Origin: Armatimonadota bacterium
GTDB lineage: Bacteria > Armatimonadota > UBA10988
Assembly (NCBI GenBank): GCA_016235455.1
Contig: JACRKZ010000008.1
Span: 51,584-115,583 of the forward strand
Reading direction: 5' to 3'
DNA length: 64,000 nt
Shown here: piece after piece, positions 1-9,290 of the stretch
How the letters are laid out: each line of letters opens with the position of its first letter
How positions within the stretch are numbered: position 1 is the stretch's first letter
Position numbers and translations under genes: made by a program
The notes under the pieces: generated by a model
Database searches by the model: none
Told to the model about the DNA's origin: nothing
What the model saw: the letters and a program-made list of their open reading frames with translations, nothing else

Positions 1-2
1 TC

Positions 3-1328
3 GGCTATGTGGGCAGCATCTCGCCCAAGGAACTCGATGCGCGCCGCGCTGAGGAGCAGGCCGCCATCGACGCGCTGCGCCTGCGCATCGACAACGCGCG
101 CAACGACCTGCCCAACAGTCAGCTCAGCCAGCTCGCGGCGCTCAACCGGCAGTTGCAGGTGGCCGAGCGGCTGCGCAACCAGACGGCGCGCACCGTCGGC
201 AAGACCGGCCTGGAGGCGGCCCACGACACCGAGTTGCAGGGCGAGCCGGGCATCCAGACCTGGCAGGTCAATGCGCGCGGCCTGCCCATCAAGCTGCTCT
301 CCACCTCGCAGGGCGAGGCCGGCAATGCGCTGTGGCTCAACCTCGACCTGCGCCTGCAGAAGGTTGCCGCGGAGGCCCTGGTCGGCCGACGCGGCTCGGC
401 AGTGGCCATCGACCCGCGCGACGGCGCGGTCCTGGCCATGGTCAGCAGTCCCGGCTATGACCCCAACGACTTCGTGCCCAAGATCAACAGCGCGCTGTGG
501 CAGAGCATCTTGGACGACACGGCGCACCCGATGGAGAACCGTGCGCTGCGCTCAGCCTATCCGCCCGGTTCGACCTTCAAGGGTATCGTCTCCACCGCCG
601 CGGGGTTCAAAGCCGGCGTCATCAGCGAGCACACCAGCTGCTCGTGCGGCGGTGCGTTGCGCATTGGCGGCCACCTGAAGAAGTGCTGGATGACACACGG
701 CGGCGTCGACCTGCAGACCGCCATCGCCCAGTCGTGCGATGTGTTCTTCTACATCGCCGGATTGCGCATGGGCCCGACGCCGATCATCGACATGGCCAAG
801 GGCTTCGGCCTGGGCGAGCCGACTGGCATCGACCTGCCCGAGGAGCGTGGCGGCAACCTGCCCGACCCCGAGCAGCACAAGCGCCGTTGGCGCCGCGAGT
901 GGTATCCTGGCGACACGGCCAACCTGGTCATTGGGCAGGGCGATGTCAACTGCACCGCGCTGCACGAGGTGCGGTCACGCGACGGCCAGACCGTGGTCAA
1001 GCCGTGGCAGCCGGTGCGGCGTGGCACGGTGCCCGCGTCGGCCGACGCGCTGCGGCAGATCAAGCAGGGCATGGTGCTGGCCGTGACCCACGGCACCGCG
1101 GCGCCCGCGGCCCTGCCCGGCATCAACGTGGCCGGCAAGACCGGCTCGGCCGAGGTCGGAGGCGACCGCGAGGCGCACGCCTGGTTCTGCTGCTTCGCGC
1201 CGGTGGAGAGACCGCGCGTGGCCGTCGCGGTCATGGTGGAGAACGGCGGGCACGGCAGCGAGGCCGCCGCGCCCATCGCGCGCGCCATGATGAGCACGCT
1301 GTTCGAACTCGAAGGGAAAGCGCCGTGA
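3..1328 (+). CDS. mrdA: Penicillin-binding protein 2 (class B transpeptidase), 5'-truncated by window edge
   Basis: GYVG..GKTGLE dimerisation-domain motifs, AIDPRDGAVLAMVSSPGYDPN, active-site STFK (SxxK), SCD (SxD) and KTG; frame open to window start. Confidence 0.9.
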   Translation, partial: GYVGSISPKELDARRAEEQAAIDALRLRIDNARNDLPNSQLSQLAALNRQLQVAERLRNQTARTVGKTGLEAAHDTELQGEPGIQTWQVNARGLPIKLLSTSQGEAGNALWLNLDLRLQKVAAEALVGRRGSAVAIDPRDGAVLAMVSSPGYDPNDFVPKINSALWQSILDDTAHPMENRALRSAYPPGSTFKGIVSTAAGFKAGVISEHTSCSCGGALRIGGHLKKCWMTHGGVDLQTAIAQSCDVFFYIAGLRMGPTPIIDMAKGFGLGEPTGIDLPEERGGNLPDPEQHKRRWRREWYPGDTANLVIGQGDVNCTALHEVRSRDGQTVVKPWQPVRRGTVPASADALRQIKQGMVLAVTHGTAAPAALPGINVAGKTGSAEVGGDREAHAWFCCFAPVERPRVAVAVMVENGGHGSEAAAPIARAMMSTLFELEGKAP

Positions 1329-2476
1329 GCCGAGCCTTCCGCCATGCCCAGTCCGAGTCGTTTGCCGGCCACCACGACGCCGCGGCCAAGCTCTTTGCTC
1401 AGGCGCGACGCGATGCGCCCACGCTGCCGCACCTGGCGCTCCAGGAGGCGTTGGCCGAGGCCCGCGCCGGGCGGCCCGACACCGCGCTGCGCATCCTGCG
1501 TCGCGCCGACTGCGCGCAGCCGCCGTACCGCCTTTTCGAGGGCTGGCTGCAGGCCCGCTGCGGCCAGGTAGAGCAGGGGCTCAGCACATTGGCCGCCCTG
1601 GTCGCCGAGCAGCCGGGCAACCGCGTGGCGGCCACGGCCCTGGCCTACTGCCAGTTGCGCGCCGGGCAGGTGGAGCCCGCGCTGACGCTGTTGGCCGACC
1701 ACGGCGACAACCTCGAACTGCTGAGCTGGGCCTGGGCCGAGCTCGAACGCCAGGCGCCATCGTCCACCGCCGGTGACCTGCCGCCGTTGCCGGCCGGCAG
1801 CAACTCGCGCCGCGCGGCGCGCCGCTGGTTCGCCGCGGGGCAGGCCGCGCTGTTCGGGCACGTGCAGTCAGCCTGGCGCCATGCCCTGCTGGCCAGCCGC
1901 TGGGCCGCGCCGTTGCACCCGTTGCTCCGTGCGCTGGAGGGGCCCTGGCCCACCGACGCACTGGTCGCCTTCCGCCGCGCCGATGCCACCGGGCACGCCC
2001 TGCCGCTGCTTAGCTTCCACCTGGGCGCCGCGCTGTATGACGCCGGCCACTGGGCGACGGCGCTGGCCATGCTGGAACGCGCTGGGAACGAACTGGAAGC
2101 CGAACTGGCTCGGCGCCTGGATCGTGCCAAGCCCGAGCAGCGCGACGCCGAACGCGCGCTGTTCGAGGCCGGTGAGGAGGCCTGCACCGTGCGGCTCTAT
2201 CGCGCCGCCGCGCTCACCGAGCTGGGCCGATGGGATGAAGCCGAGACCGCTCTGGATGAACTGGCGGCCCTGTCCGACGACGAGGAACCCGGCGAGTCCG
2301 GCCGCGTGCATGAGTTCGCCGTGCCCGAGTGGTTCGTCTGTCGCGGTCGCTGCCGGCTGGCTCGAGGCCGGTTCGACGCCGGTCGGGCCGACCTCGAACG
2401 CGCTCTGGTCGCCGATCCCGCGGTGTTCGCCGCTCGGCTGGCCCGCCTGCGCGCCGCCGGGGCTCAGAACCCGTAG
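1325..2476 (+). CDS. TPR-like helical repeat protein
   Basis: GTG overlaps the mrdA stop (GTGA); Ala/Leu-rich helical repeats (FHLGAALYDAGHWATAL, RGRCRLARGRFDAGRADLERAL); the upstream part of ORF 497 is a shadow of mrdA. Confidence 0.65.
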   Translation: MSRAFRHAQSESFAGHHDAAAKLFAQARRDAPTLPHLALQEALAEARAGRPDTALRILRRADCAQPPYRLFEGWLQARCGQVEQGLSTLAALVAEQPGNRVAATALAYCQLRAGQVEPALTLLADHGDNLELLSWAWAELERQAPSSTAGDLPPLPAGSNSRRAARRWFAAGQAALFGHVQSAWRHALLASRWAAPLHPLLRALEGPWPTDALVAFRRADATGHALPLLSFHLGAALYDAGHWATALAMLERAGNELEAELARRLDRAKPEQRDAERALFEAGEEACTVRLYRAAALTELGRWDEAETALDELAALSDDEEPGESGRVHEFAVPEWFVCRGRCRLARGRFDAGRADLERALVADPAVFAARLARLRAAGAQNP

Positions 2477-3279
2477 AGCGCGGCGATCTGGTAGCCCAGT
2501 TCGGGCGCCAGCATGACCGCTAGCGCGCCCAAGACGAGGAACGGACCGAAGGGGATGGGGTCACGCCGGCTCATGCGGCCCGACGCCAGCAGCAGTCCGC
2601 CGATCACCGCGCCGGCCATGATGCTGATCAGGAAGAATGCCGCAAACTGCCGGCCAGGGCCGATGAGCGCCCCGACGCCCGCCGCCAGCAACACATCGCC
2701 GCCGCCCATGGCCTCCTGCCCGAACCACCAGCGGCCCACGCGCACAATGGCCTCGAAGGCCGACCAACCCACCACCGCGCCAAGGAGCGCGAGCTTGAGG
2801 CTGGGCAGGCCCGGCGCCGGTAGCCACGGGAAGGCATGGACCAGGGCTGCGGCGCCCAGGCCCGCGACGAGCAGAGTCTGGTTGAGCGCGTTGGGGATGA
2901 TCTTGTAGCGCAGGTCGGTGCCGGTGCCGGCCACCATGGCCGCGGTAGCGACGAAGTAGGCGATGGTGGTCACCGTGGCGCCCCAGCGCCAGAACACGGC
3001 CAGGTAGGCCACCCCCACCAGCGCCTCCACCCACGAATACTGCATGCTGAGCGCCACGCCGCAGTAGCGGCAGCGGCGACCGGCGAGTAACAGGCTCAGC
3101 ATCGGGATGAGGTCGCGCGGCGCCAGCTCGGTGCCACAGCAAAAGCAATGGCTGCCGGGGGAGACAACGGACTTCTCCCTCGGCAGCCGATAGATGAGCA
3201 CGTTGACGAAGCTGCCGACACAGCAACCGAGCAGTAGCGACCCGATGGCCAGGACCACACGCGTCGGCTCGATCGGCAT
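2464..3279 (-). CDS. pilD: Prepilin peptidase / N-methyltransferase (A24)
   Basis: GSFVNVLIYRLP, two CxxC pairs (SHCFCC, RCRYC), DLRYKIIP and MGGGD catalytic aspartates, IPFGPFL. Confidence 0.93.
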   Translation of the reverse strand: MPIEPTRVVLAIGSLLLGCCVGSFVNVLIYRLPREKSVVSPGSHCFCCGTELAPRDLIPMLSLLLAGRRCRYCGVALSMQYSWVEALVGVAYLAVFWRWGATVTTIAYFVATAAMVAGTGTDLRYKIIPNALNQTLLVAGLGAAALVHAFPWLPAPGLPSLKLALLGAVVGWSAFEAIVRVGRWWFGQEAMGGGDVLLAAGVGALIGPGRQFAAFFLISIMAGAVIGGLLLASGRMSRRDPIPFGPFLVLGALAVMLAPELGYQIAALYGF

Positions 3280-3295
3280 CCTCTCTTCCCGCGCC

Positions 3296-4579
3296 TTACT
3301 GGCTCAAACTGTCGATGATCGCCACGAGCGGCAGGAACATCGAGATGACGATGAAGCCGACGATGAGGCCCAGGATAACGATCATGATCGGTTCCAGGGC
3401 CGCGGTCAGCGATTCCAGCGCCGCTTCGACTTCACCTTCGTAGAACTCGGCGATCTTCTCGAGCATCTGGTCGAGCGCGCCCGTCTCTTCGCCGATGGCC
3501 ACCATCTGCACGACCATGGGCGGGAACCAGCCACTCGCCTCCAACGGCTTGGCGATGACCTCACCTTCACGGATGGCCGCACGAGCATTCATGATGGCCG
3601 TGGAGATGATGTCGTTGTCCACCGTGCCGGCGGTCGTCTCCAGCGCGCCCAGCACCGGCACGCCGGACCCGAGCATGGTGGAGAGCGTCCGCGCGAAGCG
3701 GCTGAGCGAGATCTTCAGGCCGAGGATGCCAAAGACCGGCACCTTGAGGCGGATCCAGTCCCAGATGCGGCGACCGGACTTGGTCCTCTTCCACTTCTGG
3801 AAGAGCATCCAAATACCGAAACAAATGGGCCACGTAACCCAGAACTTCTTGATCATCCAGTTGACCATGAACTCCGAGGTGTTCTTGAGGAACAGGGTCG
3901 GCGCCGGGAAGTCCTTGACGCCGAGGTCGGTGAACAACTGGATGAACTTGGGCAGGATGAAGGTCATCAGGAAGGTCACGATGCCGAACGCCACGATCAA
4001 GACCAGGACCGGGTAGGTCATGGATGACTTGATCTTGCGACGCAGCTCGATGTCCTTTTCGAGGAACCCAGCCAGGCGGTCGAGGGTTTCGTCGAGCACA
4101 CCGCCGACCTCACCCGCGCGCACCAGACCGACGAACAGGTTGTTGAACGCCCTGGGGTGCCGCAGCAGCGCCTTGGACAAGGCCTCGCCCGCCTCGACCT
4201 GCGCCTGAAGGTCACGGATGATGTCCTTGAGCTTGTAGCTGGCCGCCTGCTGCTCGAGCACCGTCAGACAGCGGATCAGACTCACGCCGGCATTCATCAT
4301 GGTGGAGAACTGGCGGCAGAAGAGCGCCAGGTCCTTCATCTTGACCTTGCCGAAGTTGCCGACCCGCCGGCGCTTCTTCTCCTTTTCGGTCGCCGGACCC
4401 TTGACGCCCTTGGCCTTGGCCACCTTCGCCGCGGCGCGACCCGTCAACACCTTGACCTCGGTCGGGAAGTAACCCTGGGCCGAGAGCCGCTGCCGCAGGA
4501 CCTTCTCGTCCTCAGCTTCGGTCGTGCCCTGGGTGATCTTGCCCGACTGGGTCTTGGCCGTGTACTGGAATACTGGCAT
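3296..4579 (-). CDS. pilC: Type IV pilus platform protein (T2SS F family)
   Basis: FCRQFSTMMNAGV, AGEVGGVLD, SMTYP, GEETGALD, LEP repeats of the GspF/PilC family. Confidence 0.95.
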   Translation of the reverse strand: MPVFQYTAKTQSGKITQGTTEAEDEKVLRQRLSAQGYFPTEVKVLTGRAAAKVAKAKGVKGPATEKEKKRRRVGNFGKVKMKDLALFCRQFSTMMNAGVSLIRCLTVLEQQAASYKLKDIIRDLQAQVEAGEALSKALLRHPRAFNNLFVGLVRAGEVGGVLDETLDRLAGFLEKDIELRRKIKSSMTYPVLVLIVAFGIVTFLMTFILPKFIQLFTDLGVKDFPAPTLFLKNTSEFMVNWMIKKFWVTWPICFGIWMLFQKWKRTKSGRRIWDWIRLKVPVFGILGLKISLSRFARTLSTMLGSGVPVLGALETTAGTVDNDIISTAIMNARAAIREGEVIAKPLEASGWFPPMVVQMVAIGEETGALDQMLEKIAEFYEGEVEAALESLTAALEPIMIVILGLIVGFIVISMFLPLVAIIDSLSQ

Positions 4580-4634
4580 CGCCTTCTCCCCAGGTCGCTC
4601 TCAGCTCAGGTGGCTCAAACATGGCCCCGGACGA

Positions 4635-5786
4635 TCAGCGTCGCTGTGTCGGGCGCCCACCACCGGCGGCGCCACCTTCCCCATCTTCGCCGAAAATGAG
4701 CTTCTTGAGCTCTTCCTGGTTGACCGCCTTCTTCATGGCGTCTTCGTAGGAGATCATACCCCGCGTATAGCAGTCGCTAAGCGCCTGATCCATGGTCTGC
4801 ATGCCGATTTGCTTGCTGGTCTGGATGACCGAGGTCATCTGGTGGGCCTTGGCCTCACGGATCAGGTTGCGGATGGCCGAATTGCAGATCATGATCTCTT
4901 GGACACAAACGCGGCCCGACTGGCCGGCGCGCGGCAGCAACTGCTGCGAGATGACCGCCACCAGGTTGTTGGCCAACTGCACGCGGATCTGTTCCTGCTG
5001 GTCGGCGGGGAACTGGTCGACCATACGGTCCACGGTCTCCGCAGCGGTGTTGGTGTGCAGTGTGGCGAACACCAGGTGGCCCGTTTCCGCGGTGGTGATG
5101 GCGATACCCGTGGTTTCCAGGTCGCGCATCTCACCGACCAGGATGACGTCGGGGTCCTCGCGCAGGGCTGAGCGTAGCGCCTTGGCGAAGCTGTGGGTGT
5201 CGGTCCCCACCTCGCGCTGATGGAGCACTGACTTCTTGTGGGTGTGCAGATACTCGATCGGGTCCTCGATGGTGAGGATATGCACACCGCGCGTGGCGTT
5301 GATCTCGTTGATCATGGAGGCCAGCGTGGTCGACTTGCCCGAACCGGTCGGACCGGTCACCAGCACCAGCCCGCGCGGGCGGTTGATGAACTCACGTAGC
5401 ACAGCCGGCTGCTTGAGGTCCTCCATGGTGGGGATGCGCGAGGGAATGGTACGGAAGGCGGCGGCGGCGCACATCTTCTCCTTGTACACATTCACGCGGA
5501 AGCGGGACACGCGCTGCAGCGAGTAGGAGAAGTCCAGCTCCCACTCGTTCTCATAGCGCTGGATCTGCTCATCGCTGAGGATGTCATAGCAGATGCGCTG
5601 CGCCACGGGCGGGGTGAACTGCGTGTAAGGCAGCGGCTGGAGCTCGCCGTCGACCCGGATGATCGGCGGCAGACCCACAGCCACATGCAAGTCGGTACCA
5701 CCGGCATCGACGCACTGGCGGAGCAGGTCGTCGATATGCGCATCCTCGATGGGCATCGCGCCTTTGCGCGGAACAGGCGTCTCCAT
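4635..5786 (-). CDS. pilT: Type IV pilus retraction ATPase
   Basis: GPTGSGKSTT Walker A, TIEDPIE, LREDPDVILVGEMRD, TGHLVFATLHT and the PilT-diagnostic AIRNLIRE. Confidence 0.95.
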   Translation of the reverse strand: METPVPRKGAMPIEDAHIDDLLRQCVDAGGTDLHVAVGLPPIIRVDGELQPLPYTQFTPPVAQRICYDILSDEQIQRYENEWELDFSYSLQRVSRFRVNVYKEKMCAAAAFRTIPSRIPTMEDLKQPAVLREFINRPRGLVLVTGPTGSGKSTTLASMINEINATRGVHILTIEDPIEYLHTHKKSVLHQREVGTDTHSFAKALRSALREDPDVILVGEMRDLETTGIAITTAETGHLVFATLHTNTAAETVDRMVDQFPADQQEQIRVQLANNLVAVISQQLLPRAGQSGRVCVQEIMICNSAIRNLIREAKAHQMTSVIQTSKQIGMQTMDQALSDCYTRGMISYEDAMKKAVNQEELKKLIFGEDGEGGAAGGGRPTQRR

Positions 5787-5871
5787 CCGGCACTATCCTC
5801 CGAACCGCGGCCGGCGCCCGCTGGCGCCGACCTCGAACTAGCTGTGACACCGACTCGCCCTAGCGGCGAAC

Positions 5872-7695
5872 CTACTCCATCGCGGAGCCCACCGACTGGA
5901 CCACGCGCATGACCTCTTCGATGGTGGTCATGCCGGCCAGGACCTTCTTCAGACCGTCCTGCTGCAACGTACGCATGCCGTTGGCGCGCGCCGCGTCGCG
6001 GATTTCGCCGGCCGATCCGCCCTTGACGATCAGTTCCGAGATCTCGGCGTTCATGATCATCAACTCGTAGATGCCGATGCGGCCCCGGTAGCCGGTTTCG
6101 CGGCAGTTGGAGCAGCCCTGGCCACGGTAGAAGGTGATCGGGTTGTTGGGGTCGGGCTTGAACCCGAACCGCTCCAAGGCTTCCACCGGCGGGTGGTAAG
6201 CCACGCGGCACTCGGAGCAGATCTTGCGGACCAGGCGCTGGGCCATGGAGCCGATCAGCGACGCGGCCACCAGGAACGGCTCGACGCCCATGTCGACCAG
6301 ACGAGTGACCGACTGCGGCGCGTCGTTGGTGTGCACCGTGGACAGCACCAAGTGGCCCGTCAGCGACGCTTCGATGGCGATGTGCGCCGTTTCCACGTCA
6401 CGGATCTCGCCGACCATCATGATGTCCGGGTCCTGGCGCAGGAAGGAGCGCAGAGCACCGGAGAAGTCGACGCCGGCCTTGCGGTTCACCGCCACCTGCG
6501 AGATGCCCGGCAACTGGTACTCGACCGGGTCCTCGATGGTGATGATGTTGCGGTCCACCACGTTCAGCTTGTTGAGCACCGAGTACTGCGTGGTGGTCTT
6601 GCCCGAACCCGTCGGCCCACACGAGAGCAGAATGCCGTACGGCTGGACCACCAGCTCCTCGAGCAGCGCCTGCGTGTCGGGGAACAGACCCAGCTTGCTC
6701 AGACCGAGCAACACCGAGCTCTTGTCCAGGATACGCATAACCGACTTTTCGCCGTTGACTGTCGGGATGACGCTGACCCGCAGGTCGTAGTCCTTGCCGC
6801 CGTGCTTGATGGGAATACGACCGTCCTGGGGCTTGCGCCGCTCGGCGATGTCCATATCGGACATGATCTTGACGCGCGAGAGCATGGGCGCGTGGACGTA
6901 CTTGGGCACGGACATCATCTCGTGGAGCACGCCGTCCACGCGGTAGCGCACGCGTACGTTGCGGCGCTGGGGCTCGATGTGGATGTCCGAGGCCTCGTCC
7001 TGAATGGACTTGACGATGATCGTGTTGACGATGCGGATGATCGGCGCCTGCTCGGCGTCCACCATGGAAGTGACGTTGTCGTCGTCACTGCCATCGATGT
7101 TCATCTCGATGCCGCCGCGCTCCGCCTCAAAATCCTGCACCGCGGACGACATGAAGTCGGTGGCCGAGGCGCCGCCGAACTCGCTGGCGCCGCCGAACGG
7201 GTCGGCCGCCGCGGCGGCCTGCTCGGTCTCGCGGCCGCCGGCCGCGTTGCCGCCCGCCGCTTGGGCCTGGACGAACGGGGCCAGCTTGGCCTCAATCTCT
7301 TTTTCGGGCGCGAGCACCGGCTTGGCGATGACCCCGACCATGCGCAGGTCGTCCAGCGCGATGATGTCGGTGGGGTCGGCCATGGCGATGACCACGCTGT
7401 TGCCGTCACGCCGGATGGGCAGCAGCTTGTGCTTGGTGAGCAGATGCAGCGGCACCAGCCGGACCACGGCCGGGTCGGGCGTGATGTCGCGCAGCTTGAC
7501 GCGCTCGGCGCCAATCGACTCGGCCTTGGCGTCCAGCACGTCGTCCTCGCTGGCCAGACCTTGGTCGACCAGCACCGTTTCGAGCCGTGACGATCCGGTT
7601 TTGCGAGCAACATCCACCGCGGCACGCAGGTCCGTCTCCGAGATGATGCCCTTCTGAACCAGGATCTGTCCGAGATTCCGCCTTGGCGTACTCAC
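5872..7695 (-). CDS. pilB: Type IV pilus assembly ATPase (GspE/PilB family)
   Basis: N-terminal RNLGQILVQKGII (MshEN-like), ASDIHIEP, GPTGSGKTTT, RQDPD, Zn-binding CxxC...CxxC; GTG start at 7695 chosen from GCGGGG RBS and domain start. Confidence 0.93.
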   Translation of the reverse strand: MSTPRRNLGQILVQKGIISETDLRAAVDVARKTGSSRLETVLVDQGLASEDDVLDAKAESIGAERVKLRDITPDPAVVRLVPLHLLTKHKLLPIRRDGNSVVIAMADPTDIIALDDLRMVGVIAKPVLAPEKEIEAKLAPFVQAQAAGGNAAGGRETEQAAAAADPFGGASEFGGASATDFMSSAVQDFEAERGGIEMNIDGSDDDNVTSMVDAEQAPIIRIVNTIIVKSIQDEASDIHIEPQRRNVRVRYRVDGVLHEMMSVPKYVHAPMLSRVKIMSDMDIAERRKPQDGRIPIKHGGKDYDLRVSVIPTVNGEKSVMRILDKSSVLLGLSKLGLFPDTQALLEELVVQPYGILLSCGPTGSGKTTTQYSVLNKLNVVDRNIITIEDPVEYQLPGISQVAVNRKAGVDFSGALRSFLRQDPDIMMVGEIRDVETAHIAIEASLTGHLVLSTVHTNDAPQSVTRLVDMGVEPFLVAASLIGSMAQRLVRKICSECRVAYHPPVEALERFGFKPDPNNPITFYRGQGCSNCRETGYRGRIGIYELMIMNAEISELIVKGGSAGEIRDAARANGMRTLQQDGLKKVLAGMTTIEEVMRVVQSVGSAME

Positions 7696-7882
7696 GTCCG
7701 TTACCCCGCTTTGAGGCAGCTCGCCGGCTATCTGGCCGGTGCCGTCCTCTGTGTCATCGCCACTGTCGCGCGCGTGATGGCCGCGCGCGCCGCCGCTCAT
7801 GCATACCGCAACTACCGCCTGCGGCCCGCAGTCGTTCCGGGCCAAGGATACCGCATCGCGATCCGGCTTGTCAACGGCCCGC

Positions 7883-8755
7883 TCAGGCGCTGCGGCGCGC
7901 CAACTCCGCGCTCAGCACGCTGCGCATCAACTCGGCCGGCGGCTCCTGTCCGGTCCACCGCGCCAGTGCCAGAGCGCCCTGGTAGGCCAACATGCTCACC
8001 CCGTTGCGGCAGCTCGCGCCGCGCTCGGCCGCGGCGCGCATCAGTTGCGTCTCGGCCGGGTTGTAGATGATGTCGACCAGCCAGGCGCCGGCCGCCAACG
8101 CGGGCAAGGTCACCGGCGCGGCATCCATCTCCGGGTACATACCCACACTGGTGGTGTTCACAATCAGATCCGCCGCGGCCAGCGTAGTTTCGAGTCGCGA
8201 CGAATCGAGGGCCATCGCCTCGGCCGAGCCGGCCCGCACGCGCTCGTTGAGCAGTTCGCACAGCTCGTCGGCGCGCGCCGCGGTGCGGTTGGCCACCACC
8301 AGGCGTTCGGCGCCCGCGCGTACCAGCGACACGCTGACCGCGCGCGCGCTGCCCCCGGCGCCCAGCACCACCACGCGCCGGCCGGCCACCTGGCAGCCGT
8401 CGGCGGCCAGCGCGGCCACGAATCCGGGCCCATCGGTGCTGTCGCCGACGATGCCGTCGGGCGTGAAGTGGACCGTGTTGACCGTGCCGGTGAGCTGTGC
8501 CTCGGCGGTCGGATGGTCGACCAACCCCAGCAGCGCCTGCTTGTGCGGGATGGTGGCGTTGAAGCCGACCAGCCCGGCGGCGCGCAGGCCGGCCAGCGCG
8601 GCGGGCAGGTCGTCGGGTGCCACCGCGAATGGCACGTAGGCCCAGTCGAGCCCCATGGCCGCCAGCGCGGCGTTCTGCATGGGTGGCGAGAAGCTGTGCC
8701 GCACGGGCCAGCCAATGACGCCCACCAGGCGAGTAGTGCCCCAGATGTCGGGCAT
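7883..8755 (-). CDS. aroE: Shikimate dehydrogenase
   Basis: GWPVRHSFSP, NATIPHK, VNTV, LGAGGSARA, NRT, DIIYNP; GGAGG RBS before ATG 8755. Confidence 0.95.
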   Translation of the reverse strand: MPDIWGTTRLVGVIGWPVRHSFSPPMQNAALAAMGLDWAYVPFAVAPDDLPAALAGLRAAGLVGFNATIPHKQALLGLVDHPTAEAQLTGTVNTVHFTPDGIVGDSTDGPGFVAALAADGCQVAGRRVVVLGAGGSARAVSVSLVRAGAERLVVANRTAARADELCELLNERVRAGSAEAMALDSSRLETTLAAADLIVNTTSVGMYPEMDAAPVTLPALAAGAWLVDIIYNPAETQLMRAAAERGASCRNGVSMLAYQGALALARWTGQEPPAELMRSVLSAELARRSA

Positions 8756-8771
8756 GGCCTTACCTCCCGAG

Positions 8772-9290
8772 CTAGTCGTCGCGGCGTTCAGCCCAACGCC
8801 GACGCAGTAGCGGCCGCTCAAGCGGCCGGCCCAGCAGACGGTAGACGATGAAGTCGTTGGTGCTGCAGGGGCGGACCAGCACCGTTCGCATGCCCATGCG
8901 GTTGCCCCCGACGATGTCGGTGAACAACTGGTCGCCGACCATGGCCGTCTCGCCGGCCTCCACGGCCATGGCCGCCAGCGCGCGGCGGAACCCCGCGCGC
9001 GCTGGCTTGCGGGCCAGCGCCAGCGTGGGGATGCCCAGTTCGGCCACCATGCGCGCCACCTTGCGCGGCTGGGCCGAGTTGGACAGCACGCACAGCCGCA
9101 CGCCGTCGGCGATCAGCGCCTCGAGCCAGGCCCGGGTGGCCGTGTCGAGGTGGTAGGCATTGCGCGGCACCAGGGTGTTGTCGGCATCCATGATCAGGGC
9201 GCGAATGCCCCATCCGGCCAGCCGCTCGGGTGTCAACTCGAGCACGGTATCCAGGCAGTGATCCGGGCGGATGAGGTGGCTCAGGCTCAT
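8772..9290 (-). CDS. YqeG-family HAD IIIA phosphatase
   Basis: DADNTL motif I, LSN, ARKP, MVGDQLFTDIVGGNRMG. Confidence 0.92.
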   Translation of the reverse strand: MSLSHLIRPDHCLDTVLELTPERLAGWGIRALIMDADNTLVPRNAYHLDTATRAWLEALIADGVRLCVLSNSAQPRKVARMVAELGIPTLALARKPARAGFRRALAAMAVEAGETAMVGDQLFTDIVGGNRMGMRTVLVRPCSTNDFIVYRLLGRPLERPLLRRRWAERRDD

